DNA of 64,000 bases from an uncultured bacterium (GTDB taxonomy: Bacteria; Bacillota_I; Bacilli_A; RFN20; CAG-826). Below, one piece after another: positions 50,533-60,549 of this stretch (its first letter is position 1; each line of letters begins with the position of its first letter). The notes under the pieces are model-generated. The model ran no database searches. It saw nothing but the letters and a program-made list of their open reading frames with translations, and was not told where the DNA came from. A program made the position numbers and the translations under genes. The stretch covers positions 76,047 through 140,046 of the forward strand of contig CASFKG010000002.1 of NCBI GenBank assembly GCA_949295325.1. Reading direction: 5' to 3'.

Positions 50533-51090
50533 ATGGTAACCCTGACCTTCCTTGGACTCGACCAATTCGTGGTCGGCCACTATAGCAAAGACCATACCAA
50601 GGCCTTGGCAAATCTATTCGAAGTAGAAGAGGACGATCTCGACTTCGTGGCACCGAACAACATGGTGTTCCATAACGGCGTCGAACAGACCTCCTGGAAC
50701 GTGACCGTGAAGGTCTTCGCCCCGGAGGAATGCCAGCCGCTAGAGGGAAAAGTCGCCAAGTACCTGCTAGATACCGTGAAGGATTTCGCGATCAACGTCC
50801 GGGTCGTGTTCGAGTATTTCCACGAACACCGCATCCACGAATCCCTGAATCCCGATTACCCGCGGTTCATAACCGAGAGCAATATCGTCAGCGACGAGTA
50901 CGACCCCGGATTCGACGACGAGGACGGGGACATGCCCGACCCGAGGGACAGGGCGGATCTCGACCCCAATGACGAAAACCAGCTGTTCCTCGGCAATGCC
51001 TTCGAAGGTTTCGAGGAGAAACTCGAAAAGGCCCGTGCCGAAAAACTAGAACAAGAGAACCTTGATAAGGAGAAGAATAGCGCCAAGTAG
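50533..51090 (+). CDS. hypothetical acidic protein
   Basis: 185 aa, with a C-terminal half very rich in D/E (DEYDPGFDDEDGDMPDPRDRADLDPNDE…). It occupies the slot where def/fmt sit in many Firmicutes. Confidence 0.5.
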   Translation: MVTLTFLGLDQFVVGHYSKDHTKALANLFEVEEDDLDFVAPNNMVFHNGVEQTSWNVTVKVFAPEECQPLEGKVAKYLLDTVKDFAINVRVVFEYFHEHRIHESLNPDYPRFITESNIVSDEYDPGFDDEDGDMPDPRDRADLDPNDENQLFLGNAFEGFEEKLEKARAEKLEQENLDKEKNSAK

Positions 51091-51108
51091 CGCAGGAGGT
51101 AATCCACA

Positions 51109-52437
51109 ATGCAGGAACTCGATTTAGCCGCCAAGATACTAGACGACATCATCGACGAAGGTACCCCGTTCGGGGAAGCCCTGAAGAAGGTATTCCAGCC
51201 TAACCAGGAACTAAGGCCCCTGAGGGCGACCGTTAGCGGTCTTGTGGGGTGCGAACTCAGGCACCACCTGATGTTCGAATACATAATGGAAGCCGACGAA
51301 TACAAGGACTGGGAGATGCCGGCCAAACGGCTGGCCTACCTTTCGCTTGCCGACCTCTATTACTTCAAGCGCATCTCGCCCGAGGACATCAAGGCGCATC
51401 TCGCCCAGGCCATCGGCGAAGAGAAAGCCGCCGCCCTCGAACCGCTTTTCGCCAAGGCCGGCAATCCCAAGGAGTACCTGCCCGAACTGCCGCGCGATCT
51501 CCAGCTCTCGCTCCGCTTCAACGTGCCGGAATGGGTTTTGAAGGTCTGGCGCCACTTCGGGAACGGGAAGATGTACAACATCGCCAAGGCCAACAGCCGC
51601 CCGGCCAAGTTCTACGTCCGCGTCCGCACTTCCATGATTTCGGCGGAAGCCATCCTCTCGAGCGGCGAGGATTTCGAAAAGACCCCGGTGGAAGACGTCC
51701 TCCTCTACAAAGGGAAGACCCCGCTTAGGAAGGTCGAACTATACCGCAAGGGGATGATATTCGACATCAAGCCCGCGACCAAGTTCATCAGCGATACCTT
51801 CAAGATCGAAGACCCCAAGCAGGGGCTTCTCTACCTGAGTGCCCGCGACCATTCCATGATCGAGGAATGGATCGAGACCTACGGGCCGCGCGTCGCCATG
51901 AACATCGGCGTGAAGGACGTTAGCAAATATCCCGACGTCACCCGCCTGATAAAGGCCGAAAACCTGAAAAACGTCAATTTCTTCGGCGCGGAGCCCGACG
52001 CGATGGAAGCCGCGATCAGCAAGCCGCAGGACCTGGTCTTCTGCGTCCCCGCTTCCTCCTCGTTCGACAATATCCGCGAAACCCCGGATTTCCTTCTGCA
52101 TTTCTCGACCGAAGAGCTCGACCAGGCCTACGACGAACAGAAGAAGGCCCTCGAAGGCTGCTCGAAGTACGTGGCCGAGGGCGGAACTTTGGTCTATATC
52201 ATCTACACCATCTCCCGCAAGGAAGGGCATAACACCGTGAAGACTTTCCTCGAGAACCATCCGGAATTCCAGCTGGTCGAAGAGAAGCAGGGCTTCCCCT
52301 TCGAAGAGCTCGATACTTCCTATTACTATTGCGCCATGAAGAAGGATTCTTCCTTGGCGAAGGCCGAACCCCCGCTCATCGATCCCGCGATGATCCCCAG
52401 CGAAGAGGCGCCGCAGGCCCAGGCCGAAGGGAAATAA
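51109..52437 (+). CDS. RsmB/Sun-like protein with NusB-like N-domain; catalytic motifs degenerate (probable pseudo-methyltransferase)
   Basis: The C-terminal block GGTLVYIIYTISRKEG…FLENHPEF aligns to RsmB GGxLVYsTCS…FL but has TIS in place of TCS. Motif IV reads CVPASSS rather than DAPCSG. No DxCAAPGGKT SAM motif was found. Confidence 0.55.
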   Translation: MQELDLAAKILDDIIDEGTPFGEALKKVFQPNQELRPLRATVSGLVGCELRHHLMFEYIMEADEYKDWEMPAKRLAYLSLADLYYFKRISPEDIKAHLAQAIGEEKAAALEPLFAKAGNPKEYLPELPRDLQLSLRFNVPEWVLKVWRHFGNGKMYNIAKANSRPAKFYVRVRTSMISAEAILSSGEDFEKTPVEDVLLYKGKTPLRKVELYRKGMIFDIKPATKFISDTFKIEDPKQGLLYLSARDHSMIEEWIETYGPRVAMNIGVKDVSKYPDVTRLIKAENLKNVNFFGAEPDAMEAAISKPQDLVFCVPASSSFDNIRETPDFLLHFSTEELDQAYDEQKKALEGCSKYVAEGGTLVYIIYTISRKEGHNTVKTFLENHPEFQLVEEKQGFPFEELDTSYYYCAMKKDSSLAKAEPPLIDPAMIPSEEAPQAQAEGK

Positions 52438-52438
52438 G

Positions 52439-53473
52439 ATGCGCCCCTTGCTCTGCCTTACGCGGGAGGAGCTTGGGGAAGCGCTTGTAAGTCTCGGAAA
52501 GTCCCGCTACGTCGGCGACCAGATAGCCGATTGGGTTTACAGAAAGGGAGTATACGACTACTCCCGGATGACCAATCTCTCCTTGGCTTATAGGGAAGAG
52601 CTTCCTTCCCTTTTTCCTATACGCCTTCCGAAGGTATTCGCCAGGCAGGATGCCAAGGACGGGACCGTCAAGCTCCTTCTCGAAATGGAGGACGGCTCGA
52701 AGGTCGAAACCGTCTTGATGCGCTACGACTACGGCAATGCCGTCTGCGTTTCCAGCGAGGTAGGCTGTTCCATGGGGTGCGCTTTCTGCGCCTCGGGCCT
52801 GCTCAAGAAGGAAAGGGGCCTCACCGCCGGCGAAATGGTGGGGCAGGTCCTTTGCATAAACGAAATACTCAAGGAGACCCGGGAGCGCACGACCCACGTC
52901 GTGGTGATGGGAACCGGGGAGCCTTTCGACAACTACGACGAGGTAATGCGCTTCATAAGGATCCTAAACGACCCGAAATGCCTTGGTCTCGGGGCCCGGC
53001 ACATCACCGTATCGACCGCCGGGCTGGTGCCGGGGATACTCAAGTACGGGAAGGAAGGACTCCAAGTCAACCTTGCGATTTCCCTGCACGCCCCGACGCA
53101 GGCCAAACGCGAAAAGCTCATGCCGGTCGCCCGCTTCTTCCCGCTCGACAAGCTGATGGAGGCGGTGAAGCAATACATCTCCGATTCCGGGCGAAGGGTG
53201 ACTTTCGAATACATAATGCTAAGCGGCATGAACGATACGCCGCAGGACGCCAAGGAACTTTCCGAATTGCTCCGCGGCATTCTATGCTATGTCAACCTCA
53301 TCCCCTATAACCCGGTCAAGGAAAAGCCTTTTAAAAGGAGCCCTCGCCGGGACGTGGACGCCTTCCGGGACTATCTCGTCAAGCACGGTATAAACGTGAC
53401 CGTCCGCAAGGAGTTCGGCACCGGGATCGACGCCGCCTGCGGACAACTCAGGGCCAAGGAGCACGGGCTATGA
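52439..53473 (+). CDS. rlmN: 23S rRNA/tRNA adenosine-C2 methyltransferase RlmN (radical SAM)
   Basis: CxxxCxxC radical-SAM motif (GCSMGCAFCASG), 344 aa, conserved position upstream of stp/stk. Confidence 0.9.
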   Translation: MRPLLCLTREELGEALVSLGKSRYVGDQIADWVYRKGVYDYSRMTNLSLAYREELPSLFPIRLPKVFARQDAKDGTVKLLLEMEDGSKVETVLMRYDYGNAVCVSSEVGCSMGCAFCASGLLKKERGLTAGEMVGQVLCINEILKETRERTTHVVVMGTGEPFDNYDEVMRFIRILNDPKCLGLGARHITVSTAGLVPGILKYGKEGLQVNLAISLHAPTQAKREKLMPVARFFPLDKLMEAVKQYISDSGRRVTFEYIMLSGMNDTPQDAKELSELLRGILCYVNLIPYNPVKEKPFKRSPRRDVDAFRDYLVKHGINVTVRKEFGTGIDAACGQLRAKEHGL

Positions 53474-54222
53474 AACGGATGCCGGTAGGAACCTATGCCA
53501 GCCTTACCGACATCGGGCGGGTCAGGCTGGCCAACGAAGACCAGGCCCTCGCCGCGGTCAATAGCCACGGCGAGGTCCTTCTTGCCGTCTTAGACGGCAT
53601 GGGCGGCAACAACAAGGGGGACTTGGCCTCGAGCCTGGCCAAAGACTTGATTTTGGATGCCTTCTATAGGAAAAAAGCGACGCCGTTAGCGATAATGGCC
53701 CGTTTTTGGCTTGGCCATGCCTTGGCATCTGCCAACAAAAAGGTCTATACCAAGTCGGAATCAAGCCCGCTTTACAAAGGGATGGGCACTACTTTTTCCG
53801 GCGTCCTTTTGATCGGGAAGAAGGCCGTCGTCGCCAATGTCGGGGACTCCCGCTGCTATCTTTATGGCGAAGGCGGACTGAAGCGCCTTACCGAAGACCA
53901 GACCTACGTTTCCTTTCTCCTTAGGACCGGGAAGCTGAAGCCCGAGCAGGCTGCCGTCCATCCCGACCGCCACGTCTTGCTTAACGCCCTGGGCATATAC
54001 CCCTCCCTTTCGCTATCCTATAAGACGATATGCTACGAAGGGGAGAGCATCCTCTGCTGTACCGACGGGCTTTATAATTCGTTAAAGGAGAGCGATATAG
54101 AAGCCGTTTTGCGGCTCGATTCGCGGGCCGACCAGAAGGCCGGCATGCTTTGCCGCATGGCCAGCGAATTCGGGGGAAGCGACAACGTCGGCGTTTCCTA
54201 TTGGGAGGCCATCCGTGATTAA
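53470..54222 (+). CDS. stp: PP2C-family Ser/Thr protein phosphatase
   Basis: LAVLDGMGG motif and a GDSR motif, 250 aa. It is coupled to the kinase gene. Confidence 0.85.
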   Translation: MKRMPVGTYASLTDIGRVRLANEDQALAAVNSHGEVLLAVLDGMGGNNKGDLASSLAKDLILDAFYRKKATPLAIMARFWLGHALASANKKVYTKSESSPLYKGMGTTFSGVLLIGKKAVVANVGDSRCYLYGEGGLKRLTEDQTYVSFLLRTGKLKPEQAAVHPDRHVLLNALGIYPSLSLSYKTICYEGESILCCTDGLYNSLKESDIEAVLRLDSRADQKAGMLCRMASEFGGSDNVGVSYWEAIRD

Positions 54223-55093
54223 GGTCGGGGACAAGATAGACGGGCGCTACCGCGTGGTGAGCCGCATCGCCCGGGGCGGCATGGCCGACGTCTACGAAGC
54301 CGTCGACGTCTTCAGCCACAAGCCGGTCAGCCTCAAGGTCATGCGGGAGGACATGATGGATAGCCCCAGCAACGTCGCCCGCTTTTCCCGCGAATGCGTC
54401 GCCGCGGCTTCGCTCGACAACCCGAACATAGTGAAGGTCTACGGGCAGGGCATCGCCGACGGCCGTCCCTACATGGCCAACGAATACATAAAAGGCCAGA
54501 CCCTGAGGGACACCTTGAATTTCTCGACTACCCACTCCCTTTTGCCGCGCGAGGCCTGTTCCGTCATGCTCCAGCTGACCAGCGGCGTCGAATACATCCA
54601 CGAGCACGGCATAATCCACCGCGACATCAAGCCGGACAACCTTTTCTACCTGCCGGACGGTTCGATAAAGATAAGCGACTTCGGCATCTCGACGATGATC
54701 GGGGAAAAGAACCGCGGGGACGGCGTGAGCGGGACCATCTACTACACCGCCCCGGAAATAATTCTGGGTAAGCAGTGCGGCGTCGCGAGCGACATCTATT
54801 CCATGGGCATCGTCTTCTACGAACTGCTGACCGGATCGGTCCCCTTCGACGCGCCTACCCCGGAAGAAGTCGCCCTGATGCACGTGAAGCGCCATTTCCC
54901 GGAACCGAGCAAACTGAACCCCCTGGTCGGAAAGCCCATCGACATGATCGTCATGAAGGCCACGAGGAAACGTCCCGAGGAGCGCTATCATAGCGCCAAG
55001 GAAATGCAAGACGCCATCGAGACCGCGCTCAAATCGCCCAACTCCTACAAGGAAAAAAGAGGCTTCCTCAGCCGCCTCTTCGGATTCAAATGA
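54215..55093 (+). CDS. Hanks-type Ser/Thr protein kinase (catalytic domain only, no TM/PASTA)
   Basis: Hanks-kinase motifs: GGMADVYEA, VSLKV, HRDIKPDN, DFG and APE. Only 292 aa, with no hydrophobic segment. Confidence 0.85.
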   Translation: MIKVGDKIDGRYRVVSRIARGGMADVYEAVDVFSHKPVSLKVMREDMMDSPSNVARFSRECVAAASLDNPNIVKVYGQGIADGRPYMANEYIKGQTLRDTLNFSTTHSLLPREACSVMLQLTSGVEYIHEHGIIHRDIKPDNLFYLPDGSIKISDFGISTMIGEKNRGDGVSGTIYYTAPEIILGKQCGVASDIYSMGIVFYELLTGSVPFDAPTPEEVALMHVKRHFPEPSKLNPLVGKPIDMIVMKATRKRPEERYHSAKEMQDAIETALKSPNSYKEKRGFLSRLFGFK

Positions 55094-55752
55094 GAAAGTC
55101 CTTCGTCGCCCCTTCATTGCTTTCGGCCGATCCTAAGGATCTACGGGGTGCCGCGCTTTTGGCGAGGGACTCCGGCTGCCGGTACATCCATTTCGACGTC
55201 ATGGACGGGAAGTTCGTGGAAAACAAATCCTTTTCGCCGGAGGACTTCCAAGAAATAACCGGGATCGAGGGACTTGTCTACGACGTCCATCTAATGGCGG
55301 AGGACCCGCTTGCGCTAGCCAAGGAATACGCAAAACTGGGAGCCGATATCGTCACCTTCCATTTGGAAGCCGCCAAAGACCCGGAATACCTAAAGAAGGC
55401 GGCAAGGGAGCTGCGCGGTTTGGGCATCAGGCCCGGCATCAGCATAAAGCCCCGTACCCCGGTGGGCGCCCTCCGGCCCTACCTCGGGGAATTCGGCCTC
55501 GTTTTGCTGATGTCGGTCGAACCGGGGAAGGGCGGACAGTCCTTCATCCCCGAATCGCTTCCGAGGGTCTCCGAACTAAGGAAGCTCATAGGGGAGAGGG
55601 ACATCCTCCTCGAAATCGACGGCGGCATAAACGACGTCACCGGCAAGGCGGCCTTCGAAAGGGGGGCCGACATACTCGTGGCCGGATCCTATCTCTACGG
55701 ACACCCGGATTTTTCTAGACGCGTGGAATCGCTTTGCTTTTATGCTTTATAG
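55090..55752 (+). CDS. rpe: ribulose-phosphate 3-epimerase
   Basis: SLLSAD…HFDVMDGKFV…VHLM motifs, 220 aa. Confidence 0.9.
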   Translation: MRKSFVAPSLLSADPKDLRGAALLARDSGCRYIHFDVMDGKFVENKSFSPEDFQEITGIEGLVYDVHLMAEDPLALAKEYAKLGADIVTFHLEAAKDPEYLKKAARELRGLGIRPGISIKPRTPVGALRPYLGEFGLVLLMSVEPGKGGQSFIPESLPRVSELRKLIGERDILLEIDGGINDVTGKAAFERGADILVAGSYLYGHPDFSRRVESLCFYAL

Positions 55753-56380
55753 CGTCCTTTCCTTCATAGCCGCCCTTATAGGCCTGCTCGGGTTCTTCTT
55801 CCTGGTTTTCCCTTACGGCAAGAAGGGAGGCTTTTTGAACCGTTATCCCTTCGAAGGGGGACCAAAGCCCCTGTTTCCGATGGTTTCGCTCGGAATCGGG
55901 GTACTGGGGCATTGCCTCGTCTACATAACCGTTTTCGCCCTTTCCCCGGCCGGGGCGTTCCCGATATTGCTCTCGGCCCTCGTTCTCCTCTCGGGGATAT
56001 CCTATCTGGCGGCCTTCTATTTCGGATTCGACAAACCGGTTTGGCACCTGAGGCTGGCCGCCGCCGCGTTTGCCCTTAATAGCGCGGCCGCCGCGGGGCA
56101 GGGGTTCTACCTGATGAGCCTCGACGCCCTGAACGTCCCTAACGGCTACGGCGTCGTGCTCGGGGCGGCTTCCTTCCTGCTTTCGGCCCTCTTCCTCGTC
56201 CCTTTGCTCGATAGGCGCATCCTTTCCTCGTTCCGCAACACGGAAATCGCGGTCGGGGAAGAAAAGGGATACGTCCGTCCCCGTTTCGAGCCGATGGCCT
56301 TCTACGAAAGGCTATATCCGGCCGTCCTCGCGCTGTCGGCCGCCTTGGCCCTGGCCTACGCGCTTTTGATGCTTGCCTAG
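55742..56380 (+). CDS. hypothetical polytopic membrane protein
   Basis: 212 aa with ~6 hydrophobic helices. Its start overlaps the rpe stop. Confidence 0.45.
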   Translation: MLYSVLSFIAALIGLLGFFFLVFPYGKKGGFLNRYPFEGGPKPLFPMVSLGIGVLGHCLVYITVFALSPAGAFPILLSALVLLSGISYLAAFYFGFDKPVWHLRLAAAAFALNSAAAAGQGFYLMSLDALNVPNGYGVVLGAASFLLSALFLVPLLDRRILSSFRNTEIAVGEEKGYVRPRFEPMAFYERLYPAVLALSAALALAYALLMLA

Positions 56381-56410
56381 TTGCCGCGGCCCCGCCCCGG
56401 CCGTCCATAG

Positions 56411-56465
56411 AAAAAAGCGGGGGTTACCCGCGGTCTTCCGACAAAAAAGCGGCCCGAGGGGCCGC
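56411..56465 (-). terminator. tandem rho-independent terminators downstream of rpmB
   Basis: Minus-strand hairpins GCGGCCC-CTC-GGGCCGC + TTTTTT (56443-56465) and GCGGG-TAACC-CCCGC + TTTTTT (56411-56431). Confidence 0.5.
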
Positions 56466-56474
56466 ATCCACGAC

Positions 56475-56684
56475 TTAGGCGTTTTCCTTTTCCGCTTTGG
56501 CGGTGGACTTGTTGAGGGCGCGATAGGCACGCGCGCTCATGCGGATTTCGACCATCTTGCCGTTGATTTCGACGTGGTACTTCTGGAGGTTCACGTTCCA
56601 CTTGCGGCGGGTGGCGCGCAGCGAGTGGCTGCGGTTGTTGCCGCTCATCGGTCCTTTTCCGCTAACGGGGCACTTTCTAGACAT
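56475..56684 (-). CDS. rpmB: 50S ribosomal protein L28
   Basis: MSRKCPVSGKGPMSGNNRSHSLRATRRKWNVNLQ… has the classic L28 N-terminus, 69 aa. Confidence 0.85.
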   Translation of the reverse strand: MSRKCPVSGKGPMSGNNRSHSLRATRRKWNVNLQKYHVEINGKMVEIRMSARAYRALNKSTAKAEKENA

Positions 56685-56851
56685 CGTTAAACACCTGCTT
56701 CCTTTTTTAGCGGGCGTATTTTATCACCGCCCACCCCCTAGTGGCAACGGAAAGTATTCCGGGCCCTTCTTTACAAGAAGGAAGCCGAAAACGTGCCATC
56801 ATTGTGGTATCATCTAGGAGGTTTGGGCCCGCTGGGCCTTTTAGGAGAAAC

Positions 56852-57988
56852 ATGAGTAACAGAATTGCCGCGATGATACTGGCCGGCGGGAAGGGGACGA
56901 GGCTGCAGGCCCTGACCCGGAAGGTGGCCAAGCCCGCCGTGAGCTACGGCGGGAAATACCGCATAATCGATTTTCCGCTTAGCAACTGCGCCAACAGCGG
57001 AATCTACGCCGTGGGCGTCTTGACCCAGTACGAGTCGAGCGACCTGAACACCTACGTCGGCAACGGGGAGAAGTGGGGATATAACGGCGTCCGGTCCATG
57101 GTCAGCGTCTTGACCCCGAAACAGACCGAGGAAGGGAGCAACTGGTACGCCGGAACCGCCGACGCGATAAGCCAGAACCTCGATTGGCTCGACAAAGTCG
57201 ATCCGACCTACGTCCTTATCCTCTCGGGCGACCACATTTATTCCTGCACGTACAACGAGATGCTCGACCGCCATATAAAGTCCGGCGCCGACTGCACCAT
57301 CGCCGTCTACCCGGTGCCCTGGACGGAAGCCCCGCGCTTCGGGATCCTCATAACCGACAAGGACGGTGCCATCACCGACTTCCAGGAAAAACCCAAGAAC
57401 CCGAAATCCAACCTGGCTTCGATGGGCATCTACATATTCACCTACAAGACGCTCAGGGCGGCGCTTCTAAGCGACATGAAGGACGAACATAGCGACCACG
57501 ACTTCGGCAAGAACATCATCCCGAAGATGATGGAGGAACACAAGAAGCTGATGGCCTATACCTACCACGGATATTGGAAGGACGTCGGCACGGTCGCTAG
57601 CCTCCACCAAGCCAACATGGACCTGCTTCTCAATAACCCCGGCGGCACCAACCTCTACACGGTCCAGGGTGCCAACAAGATATACAGCGAAGACACCTAC
57701 AGCGCCCCGCAGTACATCGGCCGCAAGGCCAAGGTCATAGATAGCCTCGTCAACCAAGGCGCCTACGTCCTCGGCCTGCTCGACCACTGCGTGGTCTCGG
57801 GCTCCTGCGTCATAGAAGAAGGAGCCGAGGTCTACAATACCGTCGTCATGCCGGGCGTCCGTGTCAAAAGCGGCGCGAAGGTCTACGACGCGATACTCGC
57901 CCCGGACGTCACCGTGGGCGCAAACGAAGTCGTCAACGGCGGGCGCGAGGGGATCCTCCTTTACGCCGGCGGAAGGGGGAACAAGTGA
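56852..57988 (+). CDS. glgC: glucose-1-phosphate adenylyltransferase
   Basis: IAAMILAGGKGTRL…PAVSYGGKYRIIDFPLSN. RBS AGGAG lies 5 nt upstream of ATG 56852. The ORF as called (56741) has a spurious extension. The leader carries an extended -10 (TGgTATCAT, 56805-56813) and a hairpin GGCCC-GCT-GGGCC. Confidence 0.9.
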   Translation: MSNRIAAMILAGGKGTRLQALTRKVAKPAVSYGGKYRIIDFPLSNCANSGIYAVGVLTQYESSDLNTYVGNGEKWGYNGVRSMVSVLTPKQTEEGSNWYAGTADAISQNLDWLDKVDPTYVLILSGDHIYSCTYNEMLDRHIKSGADCTIAVYPVPWTEAPRFGILITDKDGAITDFQEKPKNPKSNLASMGIYIFTYKTLRAALLSDMKDEHSDHDFGKNIIPKMMEEHKKLMAYTYHGYWKDVGTVASLHQANMDLLLNNPGGTNLYTVQGANKIYSEDTYSAPQYIGRKAKVIDSLVNQGAYVLGLLDHCVVSGSCVIEEGAEVYNTVVMPGVRVKSGAKVYDAILAPDVTVGANEVVNGGREGILLYAGGRGNK

Positions 57989-59109
57989 TGCTTAGGGACG
58001 TAATCGGGCTCATCGACTGCCACAACTGCCCGGAACTGGGGCCGCTGACCGCGAACAGGCCGCTGGCCTCGACTTCCTTCCTCGGCCGCTTTGCCTTCAT
58101 CGATTTCTGCCTTTCCAACTTCACCAATTCCGAAATCGGCAACATCGGCATTTTGGTCAAGGACCACCAGCGGTCGATCCTCAAGCACCTGGGGAACAAC
58201 ACCGCCTGGCTGAGGAACACCAAGACCGGCCTCGAACAGATTCTCACCAACGAGCGCGGCATCCTAAATCCGCCTTACAACCACGACATCAACAACCTGA
58301 AGGAAAACGACTGGATACTCTATTCTTCCAACGCCTCCTATCTCGTCTTCGTCGACCCCCATATCGTCACCAACATCGACTTGCGCCCCATCATCGAGGA
58401 GCACATCGACCGGCGCGAAACCATGACCGTCGTCTATAGCGAGGTCCCGGATTCGGACACCTCGTTCCTAAACGAAAACGCGATCGAACTCGACGAAGAC
58501 AACTACGTGATCCATACCGAAAAAAACGACGGGAAGAGGAAGAACGCGAAGGTCTCGCTTTCGATTTGGATAATAAACCGCACGGGGCTTGCCGAGATAA
58601 TAAAGCGCCACGGTTCGGTGAACCCGCTTTACGGGCTCAAGCAGATGATCCCCTACCTTCTAAGGGCCTCGCCCTTCAAGATCCACGCCCACCGGCACGA
58701 GGGCTACGTCCGCTGCTTTGATTCCCTCGAGAACTACGTCCGCTATTCTTTCGAACTGCTGGAACCGGATGTCTACGCGCAGCTATTCCGACCCGACTGG
58801 CCGATATACACGCTGACGCACGATACCCCGCCGGCCCTCTACGGCGAAACGGCGGACGTCCGCAACTCCTTCGTCGCAAACGGCTGCATCGTCCAGGGCA
58901 AGGTTTCCCATAGCATCCTCTCGCGCGAGGTGAAGGTGGGCCCGGGCTCGGTCATCGAGGACTCCATAGTCTTCAGCGACTGCGCGATCGGCAACGACGT
59001 CGTCGTGAAAAACGCCTTGATCGACAAATACTGCGTCGTGACGCAGCGCCAGAAGGTCGTCGGCCGCGAAGGGGCGACGGCCTATCTCAGGCAGGGGGCC
59101 ATACTATGA
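57985..59109 (+). CDS. glgD: glucose-1-phosphate adenylyltransferase regulatory subunit GlgD
   Basis: Paralog of GlgC lacking the GGxGxRL motif, in the typical Firmicutes glgC-glgD-glgA order. Its start overlaps the glgC stop. Confidence 0.8.
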   Translation: MMLRDVIGLIDCHNCPELGPLTANRPLASTSFLGRFAFIDFCLSNFTNSEIGNIGILVKDHQRSILKHLGNNTAWLRNTKTGLEQILTNERGILNPPYNHDINNLKENDWILYSSNASYLVFVDPHIVTNIDLRPIIEEHIDRRETMTVVYSEVPDSDTSFLNENAIELDEDNYVIHTEKNDGKRKNAKVSLSIWIINRTGLAEIIKRHGSVNPLYGLKQMIPYLLRASPFKIHAHRHEGYVRCFDSLENYVRYSFELLEPDVYAQLFRPDWPIYTLTHDTPPALYGETADVRNSFVANGCIVQGKVSHSILSREVKVGPGSVIEDSIVFSDCAIGNDVVVKNALIDKYCVVTQRQKVVGREGATAYLRQGAIL

Positions 59110-60545
59110 AGGTCGCGATGATAGTGAGCGAGTGCGCCCATTACGCCAAGACGGGCGGCCTGGCCGACGTGGCCTACGCCCTCAGCGACGCCCTCGGGAA
59201 ACTCAAAGACGACGTCATGCTCGTCATGCCCTTCTACAGGTGCATGAAGCAGAAGTACATACCCCTGAGCCGGAAACTCGGGCAGTTCGACGTCTACATG
59301 AGCTGGCGGAAGGAAGAGGCCCACGTCTTCCTATACCAGGACAAGCACTTCCGGGCCTACCTTATCGCCAACGACTACTACTTCGAGCGCGACAACCTCT
59401 ACGGCTATAACGACGACGGGGAGAGGTTCGCCTTCTTCTCCCTCGCGGCCAAGCAGCTGTTCCGCTTCATCGGCGAAAAGCCCGACATCGTGCACGTCCA
59501 CGACTGGCAGACCGCGATGGTCCCATGCCTATTCAGGGAAGGGCCGCGCTTCGACGATTTCTATGACGGCATCAGGTGCGTCCTCACCATCCATAACCCC
59601 GCCTTCAAGGGCATGATCGACCGTTTCTTCCTAAACGACTTCTACGGCCTCAGGGACGAACTCTTCGATTCCGGGAAGGTCAGGTTCGAAGGCATGGTCT
59701 CGACCCTGAAGTCCGGCATCGTCTATAGCGACGCCGTGACCACCGTGAGCCCGAACCACGCCGCCGAACTGCTGACCCCGATGGGAAGCCAAGGGCTTAA
59801 CGGGGTCCTCGGCCTCCGCAGGGACGACTTCCACGGGATCCTTAACGGGATAGACACGGGCGAGTGGAATCCCTACCGCGACGGGAAAATAGCGAAACGC
59901 TATAACGGGGATAACCTCGAGGAAGGCCGGCATTTGAACCAGGCCGACCTCCTTAAGTCGTTTAGGATCGGCTTCTACGGGGGACCGGTCTACGGCCTCG
60001 TCAGCCGGCTGACCTACCAAAAGGGCATCGACATCGTCCTTCCGGCGATCAGGTCGGTGCTAAGCAAAGGCGCGAGCTTCGTGATATTGGGCTCCGGCGA
60101 GCATCCGCTCGAAGCCGGCTTCGAAAACCTGAGGAAGGAATATCCCTCGACCGTGGGGATCTACATAGGCTATAACGACGACCTGGCCCACAAGATCTAC
60201 GCCGGGAGCGACTACTTCCTGATGCCTTCGCTCTTCGAACCCTGCGGCATCGGGCAGATGATCGCCCAGCGCTACGGCAGCCTCCCCATCGTCCGCTATA
60301 CCGGCGGGTTGAAGGATACCGTGGCGGGCTACGACGGCCATAACGCCGAAACGGCCAACGGCCTGGGCTTCTACGACTACGGGGTCGATGCCCTGAAAGG
60401 CAGCCTGGCCCAGTCGCTGGACGTCTACCGCGACCAGGCGCTATATTACCGCCTCGCGCGCAACGCGATGTCCATCGACCATTCGTGGAAGAAATCGGCC
60501 ACGGCTTACCAAAAACTTTATAGAAGCATACTGGACAGGAAATAG
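59106..60545 (+). CDS. glgA: glycogen synthase (ADP-glucose type)
   Basis: N-terminal KTGGLADV motif, GT5 family, 479 aa. Confidence 0.9.
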   Translation: MKVAMIVSECAHYAKTGGLADVAYALSDALGKLKDDVMLVMPFYRCMKQKYIPLSRKLGQFDVYMSWRKEEAHVFLYQDKHFRAYLIANDYYFERDNLYGYNDDGERFAFFSLAAKQLFRFIGEKPDIVHVHDWQTAMVPCLFREGPRFDDFYDGIRCVLTIHNPAFKGMIDRFFLNDFYGLRDELFDSGKVRFEGMVSTLKSGIVYSDAVTTVSPNHAAELLTPMGSQGLNGVLGLRRDDFHGILNGIDTGEWNPYRDGKIAKRYNGDNLEEGRHLNQADLLKSFRIGFYGGPVYGLVSRLTYQKGIDIVLPAIRSVLSKGASFVILGSGEHPLEAGFENLRKEYPSTVGIYIGYNDDLAHKIYAGSDYFLMPSLFEPCGIGQMIAQRYGSLPIVRYTGGLKDTVAGYDGHNAETANGLGFYDYGVDALKGSLAQSLDVYRDQALYYRLARNAMSIDHSWKKSATAYQKLYRSILDRK

Positions 60546-60549
60546 AAAA

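Noticed and set aside
60546-60549. T-box leader for leuS
   Set aside because: Only 4 nt separate glgA and leuS. There is no space for a leader.
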